Below are positions 45,008 through 54,892 of a stretch of 64,000 nt of DNA, one piece after another. The notes beneath the pieces are model-generated. The model saw only the letters and a program-made list of their open reading frames with translations. It had not been told where the DNA came from and made no database searches. Source of the DNA: Limisphaerales bacterium (GTDB lineage Bacteria; Verrucomicrobiota; Verrucomicrobiia; Limisphaerales; BOG-1460); NCBI GenBank assembly GCA_003159675.1, contig PLQC01000076.1:14899-78898 (forward strand), given 5' to 3'. Within the stretch, counting starts at the first letter, position 1; each line of letters begins with the position of its first letter. The position numbers and the translations under genes are program-made.

Positions 45008-47023
45008 ATGCGTTGCCTGATGGAAATTGCCGGGGTTTCCAAAAGGACGCGGCTCCGGCTGGCGAAGCGCCTTGAAGAAGGCTATAACTGCGGTGTGACA
45101 TCCGCCCTTCGTGTAGTCTCACCTCCGGCGAAGCCATTGATGGTTTATGATGGCGACTGCAACTTTTGCACGCTGTGCATTCGACGCTGGCAGCATGCGA
45201 CGGGCGGGCGCGTGGACTATCTCCCCTTTCAAGACCTGCAAATCGCCGCGCGTTTCCCCGAGATCCCGCGCGAGCGATTCGAATCCGCCGTTCAACTGAT
45301 CCAGCCCGACGGTTCGGTTGTCGGCGCCGCCGAAGCGGTGTTCCGCGCCCTTGCGGTCGATCGCCACGGACGCTGGCTCCTCGATTGGTACCAGCATTCA
45401 CCGTTTTTCTCCCGCACCGCCGAATCGACCTACCACTTCGTGGCGTGTCATCGCACGCTGTTTTCCGTCCTCACCCGCTGGCTCTGGGGACGGCATGTCG
45501 AACGGCCCACCCAGGTTCTCGTGCGATGGACTTTTCTCCGGTGCCTTGGAGTGATTTACCTCATCGCGTTCGCGTCGCTCCGTGGGCAAATCATGGGACT
45601 GATCGGAAGCGACGGAATTCTGCCGGCCAACCTGACGATGGCAGCCGCGACGCGGCAGGTGACCGTGGAGCACATCGGTTGGGATCGCTATCACCTGCTC
45701 CCGACCCTTTGCTGGTTGGATTCCAGCGACGGTTTCCTGCGGTTTCAATGCGCCGCCGGCATTGCGCTGTCGATCCTGCTGATCTTCGGCATCGCGCCGG
45801 CGCCGTGCTTGTTTCTACTGTGGCTGATTTATCTGTCGCTGACGAGCGTGAGCGGAGTGTTCCTTGGATTCCAATGGGACAACCTGTTGCTCGAGACGGG
45901 TCTCCTGGCCCTGTTCTTCGCGCCGCTCCAACTGCTGCCCCGCGGTCCGTCGCGCGAAGGCCCGCCATCCCGAGTGGCGCTCTGGCTGCTGCGCTGGCTG
46001 CTTTTCAGGCTGATCTTCGAATCCGGCTGCGTCAAATGGTTGAGCGGCGATCCGGCCTGGCGCCATCTGACGGCGTTGACCTTCCATTACGAAACGCAGC
46101 CGCTGCCGACGTGGATCGGCTGGTACGCGCACCAGCTCCCGGTGTGGATTCAAAAAAGCGAGGCGGCCTTGATGTTCGCGATCGAACTGGCCGTTCCGTT
46201 TCTGATCTTCGGGCCGCGCCGGCCGCGGCAATTTGCGTGCCTCGCGTTCGTTGCGCTTCAGATCTGCATCCTGCTGACGGGGAACTACGGCTTCTTCAAC
46301 CTCCTGACGTTGGCGCTTTGTCTGACGCTGCTCGATGACGCGGCCCTGCAACGTTGGTTGCCGAAATGGCGGACGGAGCCGCCGCCGACAGAGAGCTCCG
46401 CCGCGCAGGGGAGCGAGGCAAAACCGGCGCGTGACTCGCGCGCGCTTCGCTGGCCGGCGTATGCGACCCTGCCTGTGGCCGCGCTCGTGGCGTGCACCTC
46501 CTACGTCCAACTCTTCGGGATGTTTGGGGTTCGTCTGCCCGGGCCGGAGCCGGTCCTCGCTGTTTACCGCCTGCTGCTGCCGTTGCGCTCCTTCAACAAC
46601 TACGGCCTGTTCTCAGTCATGACAACATCCAGGCTGGAAATCATCCTCGAAGGCAGCAACGACGGCGTCAAATGGGAGGCTTACGAATTCAAATACAAAC
46701 CGGGTGAGCTGAGGAACCGGCCGCGCTTCGTCGCACCCCATCAGCCGCGCCTGGACTGGCAGATGTGGTTCGCCGCGCTGGGGGATTACCGGCACAGTCC
46801 CTGGCTTGTTAATTTCTGCCTTCGGCTTCTGCAAGGCTCACCCGAACCGACGGCGTTGCTGGCACACAATCCTTTTCCCGGCACTCCGCCACGCTACGTT
46901 CGCGCCCTGGTTTACGAGTATCACTTCACGGATCCGGATACCCGCCGGAGCACCGGAGACTGGTGGCGGCGCGATTACAAGGGGATCTATTTGCCGTCCA
47001 TTTCACTGCGTCAAACGGATTGA
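45008..47023 (+). CDS. Fusion of a DCC1-like thiol-disulfide oxidoreductase (DUF393) and a lipase-maturation-factor (LMF) family membrane domain
   Basis: VYDGDCNFCTLCIRRWQ (DCC motif). Multi-TM body with GFQWDNLLLETGLLALFFAP and YETQPLPTWIGWY, typical of LMF. Start uncertain: TTG 45002, ATG 45008, or later. Confidence 0.65.
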   Translation: MRCLMEIAGVSKRTRLRLAKRLEEGYNCGVTSALRVVSPPAKPLMVYDGDCNFCTLCIRRWQHATGGRVDYLPFQDLQIAARFPEIPRERFESAVQLIQPDGSVVGAAEAVFRALAVDRHGRWLLDWYQHSPFFSRTAESTYHFVACHRTLFSVLTRWLWGRHVERPTQVLVRWTFLRCLGVIYLIAFASLRGQIMGLIGSDGILPANLTMAAATRQVTVEHIGWDRYHLLPTLCWLDSSDGFLRFQCAAGIALSILLIFGIAPAPCLFLLWLIYLSLTSVSGVFLGFQWDNLLLETGLLALFFAPLQLLPRGPSREGPPSRVALWLLRWLLFRLIFESGCVKWLSGDPAWRHLTALTFHYETQPLPTWIGWYAHQLPVWIQKSEAALMFAIELAVPFLIFGPRRPRQFACLAFVALQICILLTGNYGFFNLLTLALCLTLLDDAALQRWLPKWRTEPPPTESSAAQGSEAKPARDSRALRWPAYATLPVAALVACTSYVQLFGMFGVRLPGPEPVLAVYRLLLPLRSFNNYGLFSVMTTSRLEIILEGSNDGVKWEAYEFKYKPGELRNRPRFVAPHQPRLDWQMWFAALGDYRHSPWLVNFCLRLLQGSPEPTALLAHNPFPGTPPRYVRALVYEYHFTDPDTRRSTGDWWRRDYKGIYLPSISLRQTD

Positions 47024-47047
47024 GCCGCGTGCCCAACCGCGTTGGAG

Positions 47048-47296
47048 TCACACTCCTGTCGGACGATATCCGCTCTTGAGAATGGCGGCATCCAGCGCCG
47101 CCACGTCCGTCTTCGCGGCATCAAACGTCACCGTTGCCCGCGCAGCCGGGCGATCCACGCGCGCGGTCTTGACTCCGGGCACCCCCCGCAGGGCGTTTTC
47201 GATCCTGCGCGCGCAAAGGTCGCAGGTCATGCCAGCCACCCCGATTTCGCGGGTTTCCAAAGCCGCGTCACTCCGATCGCTCCCGGTGTTCTCCAT
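47048..47296 (-). CDS. Heavy-metal-associated (HMA) domain protein, CopZ-like
   Basis: ATG at 47296 (MENTG...). GVAGMTCDLCARRIENAL metal-binding loop. 82 aa. Confidence 0.7.
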   Translation of the reverse strand: MENTGSDRSDAALETREIGVAGMTCDLCARRIENALRGVPGVKTARVDRPAARATVTFDAAKTDVAALDAAILKSGYRPTGV

Positions 47297-47525
47297 AGAA
47301 TTGGTTTGATGCTCGCACAAACACAGGCCGGCGCAAGTGCGCATCAGCTCAGGACGCGGAGACCGGCAACCCCTCCGTTCAGAGATCAACGGGGCCACCA
47401 GTTGTCCGGGATACTTGCGTCGAGTGGATCGATGGTGGTGGGAGGGAGCGTGGCGGCGGCGCGTTCGAGGTCACCGGCGTGCTTCTGCAATGCCAGCAGC
47501 GCGGAACGACCTTCTGTGACCCAGA

Positions 47526-48998
47526 TCAAAACGTAGCCACGGTCCACAAATCCACGGGTCGCAATCGTGCCTGTGTGAAATCGAGGATGATGTAATCGAC
47601 CGGATAATCGCGAATCAACTGGTCCCAGTGAGGGCCGCGTTTGTCGTAAAAGCGATCATTGAGATCGAAGGTGGATTCGGGAAAGGTGGTTTCATAACGG
47701 CCATCCATCGAAATCCGGATGCGCGGATAAAGCCGCCACGAGCAATAGCAGCCCCATTGGAACGGCGTCGCCAGGTCCCCCCCGGCCCGGGCCCTCGAGA
47801 GAATATCCGCCTCGCGCACAGGATCGTGGCCGACCGGTGCGAGCACCTGAAACAAGGCATCCGGCAGAATGAAAGTGGCGGCAATGATCGCAACGGCCCC
47901 GTGAACGAGGGCCACCGCCAGCACCGGGTTGGCCGCCGCCCGCCATCGCTGGGGCATCCGCGCGGCGACATCCACCAGGGCCGTCCGCAAAAACGGTCCG
48001 GCGAACGCCAGTGTCGCGACGCCGAAAAACGGCGCGTGCCGGCGACTGCGCCACGCCAGCACCGAGGTGATCCCGGGAAGGATCAGACCGGGCCAGCTTT
48101 TTTTCTCCGTGCGCCGCCACGCCACTGCGAGCAACACGGCGACCAGTGCAAAGAGAACCCGGAAGCCGATAAACGCGTCGTTGGCGAACAACGGCAGCGG
48201 CTGCCACTCGGCAATGCGCGGGCGCGGGTTGAGAAGGGCCGGAACCAGGTAGGTCCAGAATCGGAACCCATAAATATTCACCAGCGTCGCCGCACCGCAG
48301 GCGATCGCGGCCGCCAGCATCCGCCCGACCTGGTGACGCGCGAACAGCGAGCAGGCCGTGTAAACGACGAGGGCGCCCAATCCGGCGACGAAGCCACCGT
48401 GAACATTCGACCAGATTGCCATCAGCGGAGGCAGCGCCAGAACCGGCCATGGTTTGCCGGCGCGGATGTCCTCGAGACCGAGCAGGGTGACGGCAAAGAA
48501 GCAATAGGTGAAGGCATGACTTCGCAACACCGGGATGTAGCCGGCCAAAATGCACGCGGCGGCGGGAATCGCCAGCAGCAGCAATGTTTCCCAGTCACAA
48601 CCGAGTCTCCTCCCGGCGCCGATCGCGCCCAAAACCGCGCCGAACGCGAGAACCATTTTCAGGGTCATCAACCCGGCTGGTCCAAATGCCTTGAGCACGC
48701 CGAAGAAGATGGCGCCGGCGCCCCACTCATGTTCGGTATAATGCGGCAGCACGGGCGTGAACGCGAAGAGGTCGTGTGCCGGCACCGTGCCGTATTTCCA
48801 TACGTGCGCGCCGATCGCGAGTTTTCCCCAGAGATCGCCATCGGCGAAATGGTGGGCGGCGAGAATGACGGCGAAGGAAAAAAACCGAGAGCGAAGGCGA
48901 GCGTGCGCGTAGTGAGTTCTCGTGCGGGCTCTGATTTCATGCGGCGCGGGCGGCTTGCCGATGCGCGAATGATGCGCAACGCGGCCGTTCGGCGGCAA
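47526..48998 (-). CDS. Polytopic membrane protein of unknown function, N-terminus unresolved
   Basis: More than 10 TM helices starting at FSFAVILAAHHF. In-frame TTG at 48998. No in-frame ATG/GTG/TTG lies closer to the first TM helix. An out-of-frame ATG at 48940 would join the frame if the A7 tract at 48878-48884 were A8. Confidence 0.5.
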   Translation of the reverse strand: MPPNGRVAHHSRIGKPPAPHEIRARTRTHYAHARLRSRFFSFAVILAAHHFADGDLWGKLAIGAHVWKYGTVPAHDLFAFTPVLPHYTEHEWGAGAIFFGVLKAFGPAGLMTLKMVLAFGAVLGAIGAGRRLGCDWETLLLLAIPAAACILAGYIPVLRSHAFTYCFFAVTLLGLEDIRAGKPWPVLALPPLMAIWSNVHGGFVAGLGALVVYTACSLFARHQVGRMLAAAIACGAATLVNIYGFRFWTYLVPALLNPRPRIAEWQPLPLFANDAFIGFRVLFALVAVLLAVAWRRTEKKSWPGLILPGITSVLAWRSRRHAPFFGVATLAFAGPFLRTALVDVAARMPQRWRAAANPVLAVALVHGAVAIIAATFILPDALFQVLAPVGHDPVREADILSRARAGGDLATPFQWGCYCSWRLYPRIRISMDGRYETTFPESTFDLNDRFYDKRGPHWDQLIRDYPVDYIILDFTQARLRPVDLWTVATF

Positions 48999-49258
48999 GG
49001 AAAAAGGGGGGTGATTGGATCTGAGGAGGATGAGGAGCGCGGCTGTATGCGAAGCGCAATGGCGTCCAGTTAAGGAGACAGTCGGTCGTGAAAAAATGGG
49101 TGCGGCGCAAGCGACAGCCCCGCAGGGGCGACCTGGTTGTGGAACCGACGCCAAAAAAATATTTCCGAGCTCCGTCAGGAGCGACATCTGCCGGATAAAT
49201 CCGGCGATCCGCCCGGGAACATTGCATGTGGAATTGAACTCGTGCTAAGTTGCTCCCG

Positions 49259-50866
49259 ATGCCGGATATCGTCCTGACCACGCTGAACGCGAAGTACATT
49301 CACGCGGCGTTTGGCCTTCGTTATTTGTTCGCCAACCTCGGCTCCCTGCGCCCGGACGCGTGCATCGTCGAGTTCGACATTCATCAACGGCCGGTGGACA
49401 TCGCGGAAGTCCTGCTCGCCCGAAACCCAAAAATCATTGGCTTCGGCGTTTACATCTGGAACGTGGGGCCCACCACCGAGGTGATTGCGACGATCAAGCG
49501 CGTCCGGCCGGATGTCACCGTCATTCTCGGCGGCCCGGAGGTCAGCTATGAAATCGAGGGCCAGCCGGTGGCGCAGCTTGCCGACCATGTCGTCACGGGC
49601 GAAGCCGATCTGGCCTTTGCGGAGGTGTGCCGGGTGTTGCTCGGACGGCGCCCGCCGGGATCCCTCTCCGCGGAAAGCCCGGCCGCAACGGGGCAACAGT
49701 CCCTCGGGCTGCCGAAAGTGATTCCGGCCGAGTTGCCCGAGTTATCCCGGCTGGAGCTGCCGTACGCCCTTTATACGGACGAGGACGTGGCGCACCGGAT
49801 CATCTATGTCGAGGCCTCGCGCGGATGCCCATTTACGTGCGAGTTTTGCCTGTCGTCCCTCGACATTCCTGTCCGGCAGGTTCCGCTGCCCGCTCTGTTG
49901 GAGCAGTTGCAGCGGCTGCTCGACCGCGGCGTGAAACAGTTCAAATTTGTCGATCGCACGTTCAATCTGAATATCAACACCAGCCGGGCCCTCCTGCAAT
50001 TCTTCCTCGAGCGTTACCGGCCCGGCCATTTCTTCCATTTCGAGATGGTGCCGGACCGGCTGCCCGAGTCGCTGCGCGGAGTCATTGCGCAATTCCCTCC
50101 CGGCGCGCTGCAATTCGAAATCGGCATCCAGACGTTCAACGAAGACGTCGGCCGCCTGATCCAGCGACGGCAGGATTATGCGCGACTGGCCGACAACCTC
50201 CATTTTCTACGGAACAAAACCAGGGTCCATATCCACGCGGATTTGATCGCCGGCCTGCCCGGCGAAGCGCTGGAGAGTTTTGCGGCCGGCTTTGACCGGC
50301 TGGTGTCGCTCGGCCCGCATGAAATCCAGGTCGGCATTCTCAAACGGCTGCGCGGCACGCCAATTGGCCGCCACGATGCCGAGTGGGGAATGGTTTATAA
50401 TCCGCACCCCCCCTACGAGATCCTGCAGAGCCGGCTGATTGATTTCGCCACGATGCAGCGGATGCGACGCTTCGCGCGGTATTGGGACCTCGTCGGCAAC
50501 AGCGGCAATTTTGTCGAATCCGCTCCGTTGATCTGGAGCGGCGGCGCTTCGCCGTTCCGGGCGTTTATGCGCTGGAGCGACTGGCTGCACGGGCGCATCG
50601 GACGGACCGATGGCATCGCGCTGGCGCGGTTGATGGAGCTGCTGTTCGAATTCCTGGTGAGCGATCTCAAACTCGACGTCGCGGAGACAGCCGGAGCCAT
50701 GTGGAACGATTACAGGCGGGGCGGACGACGGGACAAGCCTGCCTTCCTGAAAGACATGGTGCCGACGGAAGCGCCGCCGGTCCCGGACCGCAATGAAAAG
50801 TCCGGACTACCCAAGCGGCAGGCGCGGCATCTGGCGCAAGAAATCGCGCGCGCGGCAAAGACTTGA
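49259..50866 (+). CDS. B12-binding-domain radical SAM protein (DUF4080-type C-terminus)
   Basis: [23 protein letters not shown]... (B12-binding-like N-domain). [10 protein letters not shown] radical SAM motif. About 535 aa. Confidence 0.7.
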   Translation: MPDIVLTTLNAKYIHAAFGLRYLFANLGSLRPDACIVEFDIHQRPVDIAEVLLARNPKIIGFGVYIWNVGPTTEVIATIKRVRPDVTVILGGPEVSYEIEGQPVAQLADHVVTGEADLAFAEVCRVLLGRRPPGSLSAESPAATGQQSLGLPKVIPAELPELSRLELPYALYTDEDVAHRIIYVEASRGCPFTCEFCLSSLDIPVRQVPLPALLEQLQRLLDRGVKQFKFVDRTFNLNINTSRALLQFFLERYRPGHFFHFEMVPDRLPESLRGVIAQFPPGALQFEIGIQTFNEDVGRLIQRRQDYARLADNLHFLRNKTRVHIHADLIAGLPGEALESFAAGFDRLVSLGPHEIQVGILKRLRGTPIGRHDAEWGMVYNPHPPYEILQSRLIDFATMQRMRRFARYWDLVGNSGNFVESAPLIWSGGASPFRAFMRWSDWLHGRIGRTDGIALARLMELLFEFLVSDLKLDVAETAGAMWNDYRRGGRRDKPAFLKDMVPTEAPPVPDRNEKSGLPKRQARHLAQEIARAAKT

Positions 50867-50896
50867 AAGAGGGACGCAATGGAGTAAACTGGCCGC

Positions 50897-51061
50897 ATGA
50901 AATTCCTTGCTGCGATTGCCGCCTATTTATTGATCGCCCTTGTTTTGGGTTGGGGCATCCTGCTGGCGGTGAACGGCAGTTTCTGGCTGCTGGCCGCCGG
51001 AGTGCTGGCCTACGTGGTCGCCTTCGCGCGGATCGGATGCTTGCCTTCAAAATCCCATTGA
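50897..51061 (+). CDS. Small two-TM membrane protein (54 aa), below the ORF-track cutoff
   Basis: Hand translation: MKFLAAIAAYLLIALVLGWGILLAVNGSFWLLAAGVLAYVVAFARIGCLPSKSH. ATG lies 31 nt after the upstream stop. Third-position GC is about 70% by hand count. Confidence 0.45.
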   Translation: MKFLAAIAAYLLIALVLGWGILLAVNGSFWLLAAGVLAYVVAFARIGCLPSKSH

Positions 51062-51147
51062 CGACCCGCGCCCGGCGTCAGGTAGCGCCCAGGGCGCGGG
51101 ACTGACAGTTGCTTTACTCGGCGGCTGGAATGGCATATCATCGCAGC

Positions 51148-53706
51148 ATGCAATTCCCCGCCAGGCTGTTCTCCATGTTGGCGATGACTGTTGCCGCGGC
51201 AAACGTCTGGGCGGGAGGAAGCGGGGTTAACGTGATTGTTGTTGTCAACCAGAACAGCAGCAATTCGGTTCAACTTGGCAATGATTACTGCGAGCAGCGG
51301 GGAGTGCCGCCCCAAAACCTTTTTCGGATGACAGGCTGGACCGGCGGCTCGATTACGTGGAGCTTAAGCGACTTCCAGACCCGCCTTCTCAACCCCATGC
51401 TGGCCATGCTCGCCAGCCGCGGCCTGACCAACCAGGCCGAGTTTGTGCTCCTCTCCATGGACGTCCCCTATCGGGTGGAGGACAGCGGAAGCCAGAACAG
51501 CACCACGTCGGCCCTGTTCTACGGTTTCAAGTACGACGGTGCGCCAGGGCCGGGGTTGCCGACCAGTTGCTCGATCCCTGACACCTCCTCCAACAGCTAC
51601 GTCTTCTCCGAGTTGCCGTTCGGCGATGCGCCGCCCAGCGCGGTTTATACCAATTCGTTGCTGGCGATGATGCTCACCGACGTCAGCCTGGCCGGGGCCG
51701 AAAGCATCCTGAGCCGGGGCGTGGCCAGCTATGCTTCGTATCCGACACAGGCCGTTTACCTGGCCAAAACCGACGACGTCGCCCGGAATGTCCGGTTCGT
51801 AGAATTTGACGATGCCATCTTTGACTGCCGGGTGGCAGGCGATATGTCCCTGGTGTATTTGTCCACCGACTCGACCTCGTTCACAAACCTACTCGGCCTG
51901 CTGACGGGGCTGGGGAACTATTCCCTGCCTGCAAACGCCTTTGTGCCCGGCGCGATCAGCGATACTCTGACGTCCTTCGCCGGCTACATCCTCGAAGACA
52001 GCGGGCAGACCCCTTTGCTTGCATTTCTTGACGCCGGCGCCGCCGCCAGCTACGGCACCGTGGTGGAGCCCTGCAACTACACCAATAAGTTTCCCAACCC
52101 CCTGGATTATTTCTATCAGGCGCGAGGATTCTCCCTCGCGGAAGCATACTACCAGAGTCTCCAGAACCCCTACCAGGGCCTGATGGTGGGTGAACCGCTT
52201 GCGGCGCCATTTGCACGCCCCGGCAGCGCCGACTGGAGCTCGTTGGCAGACGGCGCAGTGCTCAGCGGCTCCCCAACCTTCCAGCCGTCGTTCTCCAGCG
52301 CGGCTTCAAACCTGCCGCTGAGCCGGGTGGACCTGTTCGTGGACGGCGATTTCTTTCAGACCATGACCAACATTCCACCGGCCTCGGGAAACGTCCTGTC
52401 GGCCGTCGTCAATGGTTTCACCGTCAACTACACCGTGCCGGCCAACGCCACTGTCGCGTCCGCTGCCGCCGGCCTCGCGGCGGCCCTGAACGCGCACGCC
52501 AACTCGACCCACGTGCAGGCCTACCCGATGGGTGATCGGATTCAACTGCAGTCGCTGAGAGAATCAGTTCCGGGCGGCAGTGTTACCTTGAGCACCGGCA
52601 CCGCCAGCGGCTCCGCGCCGCAACTGACAACCCTGCTGACAGCGGCCCGCCCAACTTTTCTCGACACCAGCGCGACCGGTTATGTCCAGATTCTGGTGGG
52701 CAACGCGCCACAGGTGGGTGATTGGCTGCAGTTCCGCTTCACCAAGACCAACGGCGTCCAGGTGACGGTGGCCGTCACAAACACCACGAGCGGCGCCACC
52801 ATCGGCGCGCTTGCCCAGAGCCTGGTGAACCTGATCAATGCCACCGCTTCCCTGCAATCCTCCGACGGCTTGTCCGCTTCGGACTTCATAGACTATGACC
52901 CCGAGGGTCTGACCGAGGCGATGTTCACTCTCTATGCCCGCTCGCCGGGCTGGCCCGCGGCCCAGATTCAGGAGGCACTCACCGTTTCGGCCGATCTAGA
53001 GAGCTCGCCGCCCGGGACGAGCCTCCTCGAGCAGAACCTCTCCGACCTCGAACCGCGCAACCATCTCTACGTCAGCTCGGGCGTGACATCCCTGCCCATC
53101 GATTTCGTCCTCGACACAACCCAACTCCCGGACGGTTACCATCAGTTGAGCGCCATTGCTTACGAGGGAACCAGCGTGCGCACACAAACCGGCGTTTCGC
53201 GGAACGTTCGGGTTCAAAACACCTCCCTGACCGCGAGTCTCGCCGCGTTGCCGGCCGGGACGAATGCGACCCTCGATATGCAACCCCAGTTCACCGTGTC
53301 GGCCAACCTCCCGAACATTTCCCGCATCGAGTTGTTCACCACCGGCGGCTCGGCGGGAGTGGTGTCCAACCAGCAGGTCGCCGTCCTCTCACTGTCCTCC
53401 GCCAGTTTGGGCCTGGGATTGCACCCCTTCTACGCCCTGGTCACCGATACAGCCGGCGATCGCTACCAGACACAGACCGATTGGATCCGGATCATCCCTT
53501 CCATCACGGTCGCCATCACCGGTCCGCCATTGACATTGTCCTGGCAGACCATGCCGGGCCGCCAGTATGACATCCTGTCAACCACAAATCTTTCCGCCGC
53601 GTTCCAGACGGTCGCCTCCGTGACTGCGTCCAACACCGTCGTTCAGTGGCCCATTTCCGCCGCCAATGGGATCGCGCGCTTTTACCGTGTGAAACTGGAC
53701 GAGTGA
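51148..53706 (+). CDS. Large secreted protein (N-terminus resembles the TIGR03790-type family) with a C-terminal FYRV-terminated module
   Basis: ATG at 51148 with signal MQFPARLFSMLAMTVAAANVWA. VNVIVVVNQNSSNSVQLGNDYCEQRGVPPQNLF. Ends LTLSWQTMPGRQYDILSTTNLSAAFQ...ARFYRVKLDE. Confidence 0.5.
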   Translation: MQFPARLFSMLAMTVAAANVWAGGSGVNVIVVVNQNSSNSVQLGNDYCEQRGVPPQNLFRMTGWTGGSITWSLSDFQTRLLNPMLAMLASRGLTNQAEFVLLSMDVPYRVEDSGSQNSTTSALFYGFKYDGAPGPGLPTSCSIPDTSSNSYVFSELPFGDAPPSAVYTNSLLAMMLTDVSLAGAESILSRGVASYASYPTQAVYLAKTDDVARNVRFVEFDDAIFDCRVAGDMSLVYLSTDSTSFTNLLGLLTGLGNYSLPANAFVPGAISDTLTSFAGYILEDSGQTPLLAFLDAGAAASYGTVVEPCNYTNKFPNPLDYFYQARGFSLAEAYYQSLQNPYQGLMVGEPLAAPFARPGSADWSSLADGAVLSGSPTFQPSFSSAASNLPLSRVDLFVDGDFFQTMTNIPPASGNVLSAVVNGFTVNYTVPANATVASAAAGLAAALNAHANSTHVQAYPMGDRIQLQSLRESVPGGSVTLSTGTASGSAPQLTTLLTAARPTFLDTSATGYVQILVGNAPQVGDWLQFRFTKTNGVQVTVAVTNTTSGATIGALAQSLVNLINATASLQSSDGLSASDFIDYDPEGLTEAMFTLYARSPGWPAAQIQEALTVSADLESSPPGTSLLEQNLSDLEPRNHLYVSSGVTSLPIDFVLDTTQLPDGYHQLSAIAYEGTSVRTQTGVSRNVRVQNTSLTASLAALPAGTNATLDMQPQFTVSANLPNISRIELFTTGGSAGVVSNQQVAVLSLSSASLGLGLHPFYALVTDTAGDRYQTQTDWIRIIPSITVAITGPPLTLSWQTMPGRQYDILSTTNLSAAFQTVASVTASNTVVQWPISAANGIARFYRVKLDE

Positions 53707-53710
53707 CCGT

Positions 53711-54826
53711 TCAGCCGCAGACCCGGCGGTAAACCGCTTCGTAGCGCGGCACAATGGCCTCGGCGGAAAACTTTTCCCGCGCGCGCCGCTGCGCCGCCCG
53801 ACCCATCGCCGCGCGGCGCTCGGGCTTCCCGATCAGGTCCTGGACCGCGGCGGCAAGAACATCGGGGTCATCCGACGGCACCAGCACACCGCTGACGTTA
53901 TCCTCGACCACCTCCGGGATGCCGCCGACGCGCCGGGCGACGCTTGGACAGGCGAAGCACATGGCTTCGAGGATGCTCAGACAAAAACTTTCATTTTCCG
54001 ACGTGAACAGACCGACGTCGGCGGCCTGGAGGTAATCCTCGATGTCATTGACCTTTTCGCGCACGACCACCCGGTCTTGGAGACCCAGCCGGCGCATGAG
54101 TTCGGTGAACGGCTCGAAACTGCCGCCGGCGAGGATGACCAGTTTGACGGCGTCGCGCGGGCGAAGGCGGGACACCGTTTCGAGCAGCAGATCGATCCGT
54201 TTCAACGGACGCAGGTTGGACGAGTGGAGCAGAAGGGTTTCATCGCGCACCCCCAGCTCGCGCCGCACCTCGTCGCGCGGCCGCCGTGGCGGGCGCGGCT
54301 CGAAAAAGTTGTGGATGACGTCCATCGGCCCGTCAAAACCGAGCAGCCGCCGCGTCTCCCGCTCGAGGAATGCGGACACCGTCGTGACGGCATCCGAACA
54401 GGAAAGGGCATGGTGGATGGCGGGCCCGTATCCGGGATCGCAGCCCAGCAACGTCGTGTCGGTGCCGTGGAGAGTGGTGACGACGCGGGGCTGGCGGTCC
54501 GGCGGGAGCATCGACCGGGCAAGGATCGCCGCCGTGGCGTGCGGCACGGCATAATGAACGTGGAGCACGTCCAGGCCCTGGTCGCGGCTCACTTCGGCCA
54601 TCCTCACCGAGAGGGGCAGCGTGTAGTCCGGGTATTTGAACAACGGGTACTCATTGACTGACACCGGATGGAAATGGAGTCGCGGCAAATCAGAGGGCAG
54701 CCGGAACGGCCGCTCGTAGCTGATGAAATGCACCTCGTGACCGCGGCGCGCCAACTCCTCGCCCAACGAGGTGGCAAGGATTCCGCTGCCGCCCACGGTC
54801 GGATAACAGGTGATGCCGATCTTCAT
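53711..54826 (-). CDS. bshA: GT4 glycosyltransferase, N-acetyl-alpha-D-glucosaminyl L-malate synthase
   Basis: ATG at 54826. MKIGITCYPTVGGSGILATSLGEELARRGHEVHFISYERPFRL is the characteristic BshA N-terminus. Adjacent to a BshB1-like deacetylase gene. Confidence 0.75.
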   Translation of the reverse strand: MKIGITCYPTVGGSGILATSLGEELARRGHEVHFISYERPFRLPSDLPRLHFHPVSVNEYPLFKYPDYTLPLSVRMAEVSRDQGLDVLHVHYAVPHATAAILARSMLPPDRQPRVVTTLHGTDTTLLGCDPGYGPAIHHALSCSDAVTTVSAFLERETRRLLGFDGPMDVIHNFFEPRPPRRPRDEVRRELGVRDETLLLHSSNLRPLKRIDLLLETVSRLRPRDAVKLVILAGGSFEPFTELMRRLGLQDRVVVREKVNDIEDYLQAADVGLFTSENESFCLSILEAMCFACPSVARRVGGIPEVVEDNVSGVLVPSDDPDVLAAAVQDLIGKPERRAAMGRAAQRRAREKFSAEAIVPRYEAVYRRVCG

Positions 54827-54892
54827 TTCGTCAGGTTGCGTCGCGCACGAACCATTCTCCATCACTCGAATTCAGTTTCCGAGGCGTCGGGA

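Noticed and set aside
47297-47398. Cys-rich N-terminal extension (CAGLCLCEH) of the HMA protein
   Set aside because: Typical CopZ-like proteins are about 70-80 aa and start just before the GMTCxxC loop, and the ATG at 47296 gives that. The extension cannot be excluded, but nothing in the sequence supports it.
48999-49187. ATG at 49187 as the start of the polytopic membrane protein
   Set aside because: It would add about 100 residues of non-protein-like, Pro/Arg/His-rich sequence. It also sits only about 70 nt from the divergent radical SAM gene start at 49259 (ATG; TTG 49250), leaving almost no promoter space.
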